Below are positions 34,747 through 48,495 of a stretch of 64,000 nucleotides of DNA, one piece after another. The notes beneath the pieces were generated by a model. The model was not told where the DNA came from and did no database searches. It saw nothing but the letters and a program-made list of their open reading frames with translations. The translations under genes and the position numbers were made by a program. Source of the stretch: Chrysomallon squamiferum (lineage: Eukaryota; Animalia; Mollusca); assembly GCA_012295275.1 (NCBI GenBank), contig CM022668.1:14136001-14200000 (forward strand), read 5' to 3'. How positions within the stretch are numbered: the first letter of the stretch is position 1; the number at the start of each line of letters is the position of its first letter.

Positions 34747-37735
34747 ACAGACACACAACCACAGACATACAGACACACACATTTACTCACTTTGTTCTCT
34801 ACTTTACAAATGATGTCATGAAGAGGTATAAACACTCCATGTTCTCTGTGACAGTAAAAGTATCTCTTCCCATGATAGAATCCATCATTACGACCCACTG
34901 CAAAACAAACAATATATATTATAGATATGTGTGTGTGTGTGTGTGTGGGTGTATGTACATACTCATCTGTCCATATATGTGCATACCAATACATATATAC
35001 ACTTATCGATGTACGTATTTATGGATTTTCCTTTTATCCCTTTCCACAATAACTGTATTTCATTTATTAATAATGACTTGAAAGAAATGAAAAACATTCT
35101 AACAATAAAAATAATCTATTGTTTTTGATGACTAATTTATCAATTTCAGTTTTAATAATAATAATAATAATACATTAGTTTTAAATTCCAAATAAAACAT
35201 TTTTCTCACCGGGAACTTCTAACTCAATTCCAACAAATATCATGTTAGGCTGGCCAATTTTATCAAGATGGCCGATATACCGGATGCAGCCAAGCTTATC
35301 TCCCTTTATCATCACTCTCTCACCCAAACGAACGACCAGTTTGTCACTAGAAAAAATACAATTTAAAAAAATAAAATAAAAATAAAAATATTTTATATTA
35401 TTTAAATAAGGAGAGAAAAGAACAAGGAAAAAAAAAAAATGTACTTCCTCACAGAAATTTATATTTTGACTTGAAAACTTGCCAAAATGATAATGCTTTG
35501 ATTTTTAAAGTACAGTTTATGTTTAAAAAGAAAACACTCCTTTATATAACTGTCTTATATCTACATATAACATTGAAAAGGTTAACATCAAGGTTTGTTT
35601 TCAATTTAAAATTTAAAATTGTTAACAATGAACGTGTTAAAATCATATGTTTCTTGTTTTAATATAAAAAATTTATCAATGTAAGGATTAATGTCATGTT
35701 TTTTTATAAATTTTTCAAAATAAACACTCTTTTAAACCCAGACAAAATAAAATGTTTCACACTGAAATGGTTAACTTTAACACTAGGACAATTAAAATTT
35801 ACAACACACAAAGAGATAACATTAAGCTTTTTAAATCTAAAAGCTTAACATCACACTTTAAACACTGGAAGAATTAACATCAAATTCTTATCCCATAAAT
35901 GAAAAAAGAAAAACCTCAAATAAAATTAACAGAAAAGATTAGCATCATGCATTTTAACACACCCAGACAATTTATTTACATTAATAAAATACCTGACACT
36001 GTAAAAGGTTTAATAAATCGATTTCGTAGCACAGAAAGGGTTAACTACCTGACTTGAAAACTCTGGGTGATGTCTTGCTCCATAAGGCTGCTGGGAAGAC
36101 ATGAGTTCGACTCGTCCCCGACAGCTTCCATGCAAGCCGTACACTTACAGCCATGCAGAGGTTCTGGATAAAACAGACTTGTCATGGCAATCTTCGTGGC
36201 AACTTGCGGCTGACTCAGTCTGAAAATATTTTGTTAGAAAATATTTCATTAAAACAGTCTGGTGATTTTTGTATGGAGGACGTCATTTCTTTTTTTTAAT
36301 AATTAGTACTAGGCAAGTTGTTCATTTATATCCATCTGCGAAACTGTGATTTCTGTTTTAAATGTTGGCATTTTTATGGAAAAGAAATGTAAAACATTTT
36401 AATGTTCTGAGAAAATTAATGCTAATTTAGTGTTCCTTCAGTCTGTCAAGGTATTTTTTTTTTTTTTTTTTTACCTTTCTATGTACAAAGTGATGTTAAG
36501 ATGAAAATCAAACAGAAAAACTTCATGCACATATGAAAAAAATGGTTCGTTTTCTTTTTTTCTTTTTTTAATTGTAAAACTTTATTATTAGTAAACATTG
36601 GCTGTCATGTTTTCAGTTTAAATCTACTCACCCATTTTGTTTTCTGCTTCTGCCACTTTTAACCACGCAGTTTGTAAGAGTTCTGTCTTCGAAGGAGTTA
36701 ACCGATATCGTGTCTTCGAACTCACTCTCTATGTGAAAAGTGTCAGTACATTCTTTCCCCATGTTGTTCACCTGAAAGTTAATTAATTAATATTCAAGAT
36801 GGCCGCCAACAAATAGCGAATGGTTTTTGTTGATTGTGAAAAATTACTGCAATAAATGGAATAATTTAATTTTATCTTGTTCTAAAGATTTTTAAAAAAA
36901 ATTGTTTTTAAATCAGGTTTTTCATTTTGAAATTTAATGTAAAAATTATTTTCAATTCTTCTGAATGTAATAAAAATTATGGTTTAAAAATCCAGTTAAA
37001 AATCTTTTTTGTTTTTCATTCATTATGTTGAAATAACTTCAAAAGACTTGATTTTCAATTTGTTGTACGAATAAATAAATTAAAAATTGTTGGTAAAGAA
37101 AAAAACAACATGTATCAAATATAAATGAAGTTAAAAACTTGACTACACAAATGATATTTCATATTAAATAATTTCTAAAAACTTGACAGTATTATTTCAA
37201 ATTAACTTCAAATTATATATATATATCCATTATATTGGGATGGTTATCATAAAATTATTAAACAGAATATGATCTACATACAGGTAATATTACACAGATA
37301 GAGGAAGCAATATTATTATATTGATACAGGTAACATTTTATTTAGATTATTACAAGTAAACACATGATATTATGTGGAAGTATGTGGCATTATTGTGTAC
37401 ATACTGGTACTATTATTATTAGCTTATAAATACCTCTAAATCTTTCAGTCTTTTTCTTAAAATCTCAATTTCTTTTTTTGAAGCTGCCAAATCCTCTACA
37501 AGTTTAGAATTTAATTTCACCGCTGAAATAGAAAAGAAATTTAAAATGTTCCAGTCGTTAAATTCTCATTGTCTTTTGTCTATAAAATAAATAAATAAAA
37601 AACTGAGAATGGTAAATATTTAATGTCTCTATTATAATTTCAGTAATACCAGAATCAAATACTGTTTCAATATTTTGGATAGAATTACTTTAATTATTGT
37701 CATTTATTTATATTCAGTTATATTCTAAAACAATA

Positions 37736-37793
<58 letters not shown>

Positions 37794-38467
37794 TTAATAA
37801 TAATAACAGTGATAATAATGATTATGATGATAACAATAATAATAATAATAACAACAATAATAATGAAGATGGTAAAAATAACAATAATAATGATCACGAC
37901 GAAGATGATGATGACAGAATATTTTCATTGTGTTTATATTTTCATGTGTGTGTGTGTGTCAGTGTCTGTGTGTCTATGAAATGAAGACACCAAAATATAT
38001 CCAAAGGCAATACTAATAATAATAATGATGATGATGGTGTATCAGAGTATTTTCATTTTTTTAATATTTTAAAATCTGTGTCTCTATGTTTGGATAAATA
38101 TTTTCTGATATGTCTTTGTGTCTTATCACTACCAATTTTATAGACTGATTATAGAGATAAACAGATAGATATAGACTATAGATATAGTGCAGATAAAGTA
38201 GCAGATTGTACTGTTATTAGTAACTTACTTTCTATAAACTGTTCTTCCAACGAGGCACCACTGTTTAGAGGGTTTAGAGAACACTGAACCTCTTTGGAAA
38301 TCGTGGACCTGCAGATTCAAAAATATTATAATAATAATAATAATGAAATGTTAATATTGGTCTATTTTTTAATACTGGGTTGGAACTAAAGTTTGCAGAG
38401 TTTTTTTCAACAGGTGATGTGCGAGTGTTTGATTTCATTTCAGACATGACTGAAGTCTGTGTGTGTG

Positions 38468-38500
<33 letters not shown>

Positions 38501-39638
38501 CTGTGTGTCTGTGTGTGGGTGTGTTCTGAAAGGTGAACAAAATGGCACTTATGTTGTTGAATAAATCTGTGTACAAATATTTAAATACTGTCTTTGAATT
38601 TCACTTAAAAAACACTATGAACTTTTGTTCCAACCCAATATATAAATGTACGCTACACACACACAGATACACAAAAACATAATGCATGTGCTCTTGGATA
38701 GATGTACATGCATATATACACACAAGTATATTTGTGTGTGCCTGTGAAAGTATTTAAAAGCTTTTTTGGTTGTTGTTTTTTCACACTGGAAGCTGTTATT
38801 AAGGCAAAATAACAAACTTTTTTTTTTTTTTTTTTTTTGAAATCAGAACTCTATTTAATTAAATAATTTGCTTTCATTCTGAGGCACTGGGCTAATAATT
38901 ACCAAGTCTGAGACAAGGGCAGGACTGAAGAAAATGTGATGGGATATACAAAAGGGTTTCTGATAACTCAACACAGTGGTACAAAAACTAAAGGCAGAGT
39001 CAAAATTATGACACCTACAGTAGTCAATACATGGGCACACACCTGAGGTCAAATAAAATATTAATTTTGTTCTTTTTTTTTCTTTTTTTTTTTTACCTAA
39101 TTTTCTTCAAACACCCATCTGGCTCTGATATTATTTCAGGTAACGAGTTTTTTCTCTCCTGCTTCACACTGTGTTCAGCATCATCAACATCGTCAGCATG
39201 TGGCAGATGATGCACCAACGCCTTTGTCATGATGCCGTTAACTCTCCCGTGAACCATGTTCGGTGACCTGTGCGGCGACCTCTGACCTTGACCCTCGTTG
39301 AACCGACCCTGAATTAAGGTGACCTTTGAAGCTGAAGGTCTTCTCGAATTTGGGCGAGTTGCTGACAAGACTGGAACACTGACTGCAACGTGAACATGGT
39401 CGCGATCGATCCTGGTAAAACGTAATGTCAAATAGAACAACAACTACATCAACAACAGCAACAATTACATTAACATAATATTTTTTTTTATTAAATAAAT
39501 GATAATGTGAGACAGAAAACAAGGTACATTACTCTATAGACTTCTTTTACAAATAAACAGCAAAGAATCTTTAATAAATGGAGCAGATACAACAAAATAC
39601 ATTCAAAATATAATAATAATAGAATATTATTCTATATC

Positions 39639-39678
<40 letters not shown>

Positions 39679-39913
39679 TAACAATAACAATAGTACCTGT
39701 ATCTGTGTATTATATAATGGTCATGTATAATAATAATAATGTAATAATAATATAATAACAAGAATAATAATAATAATAATGTATCTATGAAGTCTGGAAG
39801 TCTGGTCATGTATAATAATATTATGTGTATCTATATAAGAATAATAACAACAACAACAACAATAATACCTGTATCTATGAAGTCTGGTCATGTATAATAA
39901 TATTATGTGTATC

Positions 39914-39961
<48 letters not shown>

Positions 39962-40278
39962 GTACCTGTATCTGTGAAGTCTGGTCGTGCAGGAGAGACT
40001 TGTCTGTGTAGGAGCTGATGGAGGGAGGGGTGGGGCTTGTGGAATGACTTGTACGGAAGCTGATGGAAGCTGATGACCTCAGTGCCTCGTTTTCACGTTT
40101 GAATTGATAAACTTTTTTCTCCAAACTGTCGCAGAAAATAATTTTAAATTTTAAATCTAAGTTTTCTCTCTCTCAATTTTTTTCTGTTTGTTAATCATTC
40201 AGTCTTTCATTCCCACTGTATCTCTCAGTATTTTATTAAGGCCAGTTTTCACTTTCATACATACATGCATACATAAAC

Positions 40279-40309
<31 letters not shown>

Positions 40310-43300
40310 TACAAACATACATACAGAGAGAATAAAGCTCTCTCTCTCTCTCTGTATTTCTTTTACAAGGAATGAATTTTATTTACTTAAACTAATTTAA
40401 CAATAAAAATAAAAGGAACTTTACCTACTTAAATGAATTAAATTTAAAAAAATAAAAATAAAAAAGCAAATAAAGACATGTTTATAAAATTAAATGAATT
40501 TTAATTAGTTCACTAACCGGCGTTTTGAGTGTAAAAGACTAGCGACATCGGCACAAAGGGGAACAATTCCTTTTCTTGTGCTGTTGACAACAAAGGCAAC
40601 AGCACGAGCTGCAACCTCCTTGTCTTCAACCAAACTGTTCAGTTCATTATTACTTCCTGAAAATAAAATAGTCATAAAATGAGTGAAAATTCAATTACAG
40701 CATTAAATTTCACAACAGTAACATACTCTGATAGACCTAGTGAAAATTCCTGAAACTGATGCATTTTAGAGAAACTTTGAGAGATGTAAAATTAATTGAA
40801 AATATTAACTGAATATATTTCAACAATGGGGTAGTAGGAAAACAGCCAGTAATGGTTGGATTGGGAAATAAGAGATATGTACAGTTAGTATATGAAAATA
40901 TGCTGATCGATGCGTTACATGATCTCTTGAAATGTTCTGAAATAAACTACCATTACACAACTGTTTTTCCTGTTCCTGCCACTAAATATTTTTTTTTTTA
41001 TTCCATTCTAATCTTTATTTAACCATATTCTTGTTAATCCATGCAATAAGTTTTAACCTCTCAACCAAAATAATTTCCATTATTATTGACTACTTTTTTT
41101 TATTCTTGACAAAAAGCAAGCATTACCCGCTACTAGTACTATCTCATTATTATATTTGTTCTACTGATGTTTGCCCCATACATGTTTCTAGATCTATATT
41201 AGTCCAGTATTTTTCAGTTCTTCTAATATTACTTACTCTACACATATCCACTAGTTTCATACTACTGTTTCTGTTCTAATGCTCTACATAGAACAAAAAC
41301 AATTACTAGTTTCATATTACCAAAAGTACTATGCTATTTATCTATTTATCCATTTACCGTAAATACCACACTAGTTTCATCTTACCAGCAGTATTATTTT
41401 TCTCTATGTTCTATAACTGTTTACCACACATATACCATACTAGTTTCATGTTCCTAACAATATTGCTGTTTTTATATTTGTTCTAGTGCTGCTTACCTCA
41501 CACATACCATTCTAGTTTCATATTTCTACCACTACTATGGTATTTTTCTATTTAATTCTGATGCTGTTTACTCCATAGATATCACGGCTAGTTTCACTTG
41601 GCTAGAAGTAGTTATTTTTTAAATTTAATTCTGGTGCTGTTTATTCCATTCCATACATACCACAACTAGTTTCAGATTTTACTAATAGTACTATGCTGTT
41701 TTAGTATTTGGTCAAGTTTTGTTTGCCCATTCACACTACTATACATTTTATATTACTAACTTAGTAACTATTCTGGTATTTTCACATTTGTTCAAATGCT
41801 GTTTACACACAAAACAACATCACTAGTATAATACTGCTATGATATTTTTCTATTTGAATGCTTGTGATTTACCAAATATCAACCACTATTAGCTTCAGAT
41901 TACTAACAGTATTGTATTTTTTCTAGTTATACCAAATACACACACACACACACACAAAAAAGAAGAAGAATTACTAGCTTCATATTACTAACAGTACTAT
42001 GTTATGTTTCTATTTGTTCTAGTGTTTTTTTATCCCACAAAATATATAACAAGTTTAGTACTATAAAGGAGGGCTTTTTTTGGTGGATAGTGATGTGTAA
42101 CAATTAACATACATCTTATTTGTATGGTTCATTAATTTTTACCAGATCTCTAATCATTTTGTCATTTCCTTCTCTCACAGAAACTTGTATGTTTATAAAT
42201 ATGCAGTTAGCACTGTTAAAAATAGGTAAATGTAAGAAATCTAATAGATAAATTACTTATAAACAACACATATTTGTAATATATATTCATGTATGATGAT
42301 ACACAAATATAAAAAATGCACATGCATGCACACATACTTATACAGAAATGCACAAACTTTTGTTTTTGTCTCTCTCTCTCATTAAATTATTTTCTATTTG
42401 ATTTTATGAATATAAAAAACCATACAGATACATATGTAATACACACGAACACACACACATGCACACACAAACACACACATAAAATAAACATACAAAACAA
42501 ACATAATACATTTTTAAAAGTACTAAGACCGTATTTAAATGCAAATAACATCTCTTCTTCCAGCAGCTAAATTCATATGACGATAAATACATTTTTATGC
42601 CAACAGCTTAATTCCCATTTTTATTTCTATTTAAATACACAACTTCTATTTTACAGATATACTGCATGAACTACAAAAAAACATTTATTCCAGTTTACAC
42701 TTGATTCTGTAATCCCTCTTTTTTCAACAGCTAAATTCCTACTTGAGATATTGTTTTATATTTACACCAATACGTCAAACATATATTTTTTACACCAATA
42801 GTTTAATTCACATTTTATATATATATATATATATTTAAATATACAACTTCTATTTTACAGATATACTGCATGAACTTCAAGGTCAGGGCAGCCTGAGCGA
42901 GGTAAGGTAAAGAATTTCACAAACATCTCTAACATGCATTCTTCAGTGAGATTTCATATTACATGTTCTGTTTACCCCAATGCACAGCACTCTGTATCTT
43001 ATGAATGTGTAATATCAGACAGACTTGCTTCAAGTCGGTTTAGATAGTTTTTTTAATGTTCATTTTATTTTGCTTGTGGGTTCAGTTGTATGTGTGTACT
43101 TGTGTATGTCTGTATGGTATGTTTATGTATGTATGTGTATGCGTGTGTGTGTGTGTGTGTGTCTGTAGCAATTTGTGTGTGTATGTATATGGCTTCTAAA
43201 TGTCCATGTGTATGTAGGTGTGTATGTATGTATACATTGTGTATGCAAGTATTTATGTATCAGAATTGTTTGCGTATTCATACTTATCTGTTTGAGCATA

Positions 43301-43757
43301 TATTTATACATATTTAAGAAGACATTTTTTATTAACATTCACTATAAATAAATAACTATTTACATTCAGCTTAAAACCATTATTATTATTATTATTATTA
43401 TTATTAATATTAATTTTTTAATTTTTAATTTTCAGTTTTTAATTATTTTTTTATTATTATTATTCTTTAATTTTTTTTTTTTTTTTTTTTTTTTTTTAGC
43501 TTAGCTGTAAGATACACTGATACTATTTACAAATATGTATCATTCAAAACATCCCTTTCAGTAATTTTAAGCTAATATATACATAAATATATATATATAC
43601 ATTCTTTAAATATTCTTAAATTTATTATGTAGTTTACTCTGTGCCTTGCTGTGCATTCCACTCTGCATCATATGAATATGTAATATCAAATAGACTTCTT
43701 TCTGTCAGTTCTGAAAATTCATTATATTTGGTAATGTTTGGTCGCATTTTACTAATA

Positions 43758-43788
<31 letters not shown>

Positions 43789-44071
43789 CTTATTTCTGTT
43801 ATAAATATTTAACAAGAAATAATGGTTTATACATGAACAAAAAGAAAGATGAATAAATGATCAAATAAATAAAAGGATGAATGGATGAAATAAATGAATC
43901 AACAATTGAATGAATGACTGTATGAATTAATGAATAAATAAAAAAAAAATTGACATCTAAACAGATTTTACTCAAACTTGTATTAAGTCAGACAATTTTG
44001 TTTAGTTTTTCTATCACAATACAGGAAACAGTGAATTTGCATCAGCATAATATATGTATGTGTGTGTGTGC

Positions 44072-44120
<49 letters not shown>

Positions 44121-44374
44121 CAAAACAATAATATATCTATCAGGAGCTATGACTGAAATAGGAACTAGTAAGAGGCAGGACGTTTAAAATTTCTTACATA
44201 ATAAATGAAATTACTAAATTTACATTTTTTTTTTTTTTAAATCTGTTATCTTAGAACTGATAAAAACACGTATTATCACAGACTTACTCAAAGTCAAGTC
44301 CACAAAACACACACATACACAAACCAATGCACAAACACACACTCACACACCCCACATACACACTCATAAATGTG

Positions 44375-44410
<36 letters not shown>

Positions 44411-45922
44411 GTTATGTTTTTTATTATTCATACCATTTACAACTTTTAAATATTTCTTTTTTTTACATGTATATATGTATATGTATACTACTTATATTGA
44501 ATGTAAAATAGTCGATTCACACACACACACACACACACACACACCTGTATTGTGGATTGTAAATTAAATTAAAAATGAAGGAAACAGAGAAAGATGTCAG
44601 TAAAGATTACCATATGCTGTAAAGAAAGTAATTTAGCAAGTCATATTTCTCAAGTAATTAGAAAAATACGGGAAAGATGAAACATTCATTAGCCACATTT
44701 GATAGATTGTGGTTATAAAATATTTATCTGAAGAGGTATCTAGTAATATTTTGTGAATATATTTAAAAAAAATAAAAAAATAAAATAAATAAATAAGAAA
44801 ATGAATTAGTAACAATAAAAATAACAACAACAACAACAAATAGATAATAATAATAGTACTAACAGTAAATAAATAAATAATAGTAATCCAAATAATTTTT
44901 GAAATCTTATAAGTTATACAAACGAACCTTAGCTAATAAAGAAGAAAAACAATGATGTAATATTGCATCTTTGTGTATTCCAAAAGGTTTTAATTTGATG
45001 GGGTTTTTTTGGGGGGGTTCTGCTGTTTTATGACATGATGGATACACATCACTTGTGGCAAATAACCAGTTCAAACAGCTTTTGCTACTGATCAAAACTG
45101 CCTATAAAAACAGTCCAATGAAAGAAAAAATAGGTATTTATTTGTCTGAAAAAAACAAACAATTGTTTTGTATATTTTGCTATTAACATTGTTTTTTTGT
45201 TTGTTTTTTTTCTCTGTTGTCACAATCACAGCCTGTGTCTATATTCACAGATTTAACTATTACAACTTTGTTCTGTGATCTATACATTTTAAATGCATTT
45301 TGACTGGTTCTTAACATCATGGTTTATCTGTTTTAACATATGACTGTCAGTGTGGCTTCTAAGATAATCAGGAAAAGATCGGTCCAAACAACAATGAGCA
45401 AGATTTAGTATCAAGCTGATAGTCATCATAGTGTCATTACATTTACTGGCTGGAATGAAACTTGCCCAGTGGGTACATGGAAAACCACTAATTACATATC
45501 TTTTATTAATTTAGTATATTTAAATCTGACTGTTAAATTTATTATTAACAAAAACTGGTCACCAGCAATAAATTAAATAATCATTTGGAAAGATATAAAT
45601 TGTCTTTAATAGTTACTGTTGGTACAACAAAAGGTACTTTATCTGACAACATTTAACTAGTACATACTCTTGTTTAGTTTTCTGTGTCCAAAGATGTGAC
45701 TAGCTATCAAATAGGTGTAGTGTTTGGAACACTTACATTTCCATTCCAGCTAGTTAACAAATGAAATATCGTAAACTGATATGAACACCATTTCAGTCTC
45801 GTTCGATTGATGAGAATGATGAATGCTGTAAAACTATTTTCTTCTGGCAAACGCATCTCTAATCTTGTTAAACAAAAGTTAAATGCCTAGTTTATAAAAG
45901 AATTATTGAAAATAATAATTTT

Positions 45923-45959
<37 letters not shown>

Positions 45960-45992
45960 AAGATCTTTTATAGTTTTCTTTTTTTCGTCCTA

Positions 45993-46029
<37 letters not shown>

Positions 46030-46253
46030 TTTTTTAACATAAATCCAAAAAAAACGTACTTTGTAAAAAGTTAATCTGATAAACATTCCAACTTTGGTAA
46101 ACTTCCACCAAGTTCTAGTAACTTCTCAAACTTACCTAAATTTAAACCTGACACCGAACTTATTTCAGTTTCCCAATTGGCCCATGAACTTCCAGCATTT
46201 TCGCTTAAGGGTGGGCTATGATCTGAACTCGTACTGTCCATGGTACCCCTCAT
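34108..46253 (-). CDS. Coiled-coil + C-terminal CAP-Gly domain protein (~537 aa); exons 46253-46136, 40656-40518, 40125-39966, 39411-39097, 38308-38229, 37522-37434, 36771-36632, 36219-36049, 35346-35210, 34897-34791, 34266-34108 (possible extra terminal exon starting at 33397)
   Basis: Exons 9-10 encode VRLGERVMIKGDKLGCIRYIGHLDKIGQPNMIFVGIELEVPVGRNDGFYHGKRYFYCHREHGVFIP, a clear CAP-Gly domain (GRNDG in place of GKNDG). Coiled-coil segments are RRLEKKVYQFKRENEALR and LNSKLVEDLAASKKEIEILRKRLKDLE. All introns are GT-AG and phase-consistent except for a net +1 discrepancy across exons 3-4. AG|gtaact at 34112 may splice to ttttcag|ATTGTGA at 33397, ending the protein ENRL*. Confidence 0.85.
41120..42060. 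repeat. Degenerate ~55-80-bp minisatellite in intron 1 of the CAP-Gly gene
   Basis: The anchor ctagtttca/ctagcttca recurs at about 41251, 41306, 41371, 41440, 41512, 41588, 41666, 41889 and 41974, each followed by variants of tatgctattt...tctatttgttctagtgctgtttac. Confidence 0.75.
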
Positions 46254-46834
46254 TATACAACACTTTATCCATTTAGCATCATATCCAACAGTACATGAGC
46301 GGCCATTTTGTTTTAACAGACGTAGATATAGCTTGTTTCAGAAAACGATAAAAGCGAGGTCGCATTGCTATGCGAGCTAACCATTGGAGCCAAGCTAAGA
46401 AATTTTGGTCAACGGCATAGAATGGCCGGAAACTTTCAGTTATTCCGGATGTTTTTAAAGTTGGCGAATTCCATTTACGTTATTCAATGTCGAGTTGATA
46501 GCACGCACCTGATTAGACTGTGAAATGGTTTACGAGGTATTTTCTATATGCAGCTTTGACAAATGGTGCTGGTTCGTGATTACAGAAAATATGCAGGTGC
46601 GACAGCTGCTGTTTGTTTCCGCGGTTATGAAAGCATATTATGTACTGGCCTTTTTTTCTACATAACAGAAAACAATATTCAGTTTCTAGTATGGTTCTCG
46701 TATTAAAAGTATTTTTAAAAAAAAGAAGAAGAAAAAAAAGAAATAAGACCATTTTATTACGGCTAAAACATATAAGCTGAAATATATTTTTCTCCCTTAC
46801 CCAAAGAATTTTAAAATAAAATAATAAAATAAAA

Positions 46835-46879
<45 letters not shown>

Positions 46880-47021
46880 CCTTAAACATCTTTAATAAAA
46901 GATGCTAGACGGATAATATCACCTAATTCCCATAATAATTTTCGCGGTATTTTCGTGTGACGTCGTCAAACAGAAGTTCACTAGCAACGCGATTGCAATG
47001 AAGGTTTTGCTTATAATAGCG
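46254..47021. promoter_or_regulatory. Head-to-head intergenic/promoter region between the CAP-Gly gene (-) and secreted gene D (+)
   Basis: The start codons are about 770 bp apart and divergent. The region contains YY1-like GCCATTTTG (~46302), CCAAT on the minus strand (~46383), ETS-like CCGGAA (~46426, ~46443), CRE-like TGACGTCG (46958-46965) and X-box-like GTTCACTAGCAAC (46976-46988). Confidence 0.55.
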
Positions 47022-47258
47022 ATGTTTATAAACATTTTATTGTTCTTTTTGCTTGTTCCTTCTTTGGAACCAGCATCTGCAATGGTAAGATTTTACAAAG
47101 TTCTTATATTTAACTATAAACCTGTGTTTTCGAGGATATCAAAATAATAATTAATTTGAATTTCCAGATATATCGCAACAAGGTGAATTTTGAGTTGAAG
47201 ATGATTATGGTTGTTGTTAAATATTAAATCACAATAGCTAAATAATTAATGAATAATT

Positions 47259-47296
<38 letters not shown>

Positions 47297-47939
47297 TAGT
47301 AATTGTTTAATGTCCACGAAAAACATGAACTTGTTAAGAATTAGAGGTCATTGATGATGAGTTTCCAAAACATCCGCTTTGAAAATGTTTTATGCGTGTA
47401 TCTACCTATATATGTATCGGCTAATGCCACACGTAAATGTGGCGGGAGGGGTGGGGGCGCGTTTTGGTACATGTGCTTGTGTAGGTATGTGTGTGCATGC
47501 ATGTATATATTTAACAAACTTTCAAAATATTACATAAGCCACGTACCCGTACACAAATATACATACACACGTCTGTGTGCATGCGCGCGGGTATGTGTGT
47601 GTGTGTATGTATGGATAGATTGATGTATGCAGCCATGTGTGTATATCTACATGTAGGCCTGTATGTCAGTGCATGCACATACATACACACATATATATAT
47701 ATATACACGCATCCATACAGACGTGTGTATGTATATTAGTGTGCGTGTATGTGGGTTAAGTTATACTTTGAAAGTTTATCAAATATATACATGCATGCAC
47801 CCACATACCTACACATGCACATGTACAAACAAACGCCCCCACACACACACACACACACAGACACACATTTACGTGTGGCAGTAGTTCTCTATATTATTTG
47901 ATAGGACTGCGAATTATCCTGCATTTTAATATTATTTAA

Positions 47940-47993
<54 letters not shown>

Positions 47994-48426
47994 TTAAACA
48001 TTAAACTAAAATAAAATAAAATTTGTCTTAGACGGTGATCAAAGGGAAGTAACTCTTCTCTTGTTTACATCGTGATCTCTTCAACACCATTTTCAGTATT
48101 TGAAATTTTGTATTTAATTTTTCTGCCTAGCAAAGTTAAATCTTTTTCTTCAGTACCAAAACTATTGCTTCTGCTGGAAACAGTAACTACATTTATGTTG
48201 TGTCCACTTCAATGGTCTCTGATATCAAACAAAATAAATCCCATTCGATCGAGTTTCTAACTCCCTTTCACTTTAGTTAGCGCATGCGTTCATTCATGCA
48301 TAAATTATAAGCATAAACAAAATCAGAGGGAGCAGTTATTGTTAGGTTATCACAACTCAGTGCATAGTTGTCTTAAATATACAAATTAAAAGTAGTATTT
48401 CATCTTTTAGAAAATTCGAAGAACTA

Positions 48427-48495
<69 letters not shown>

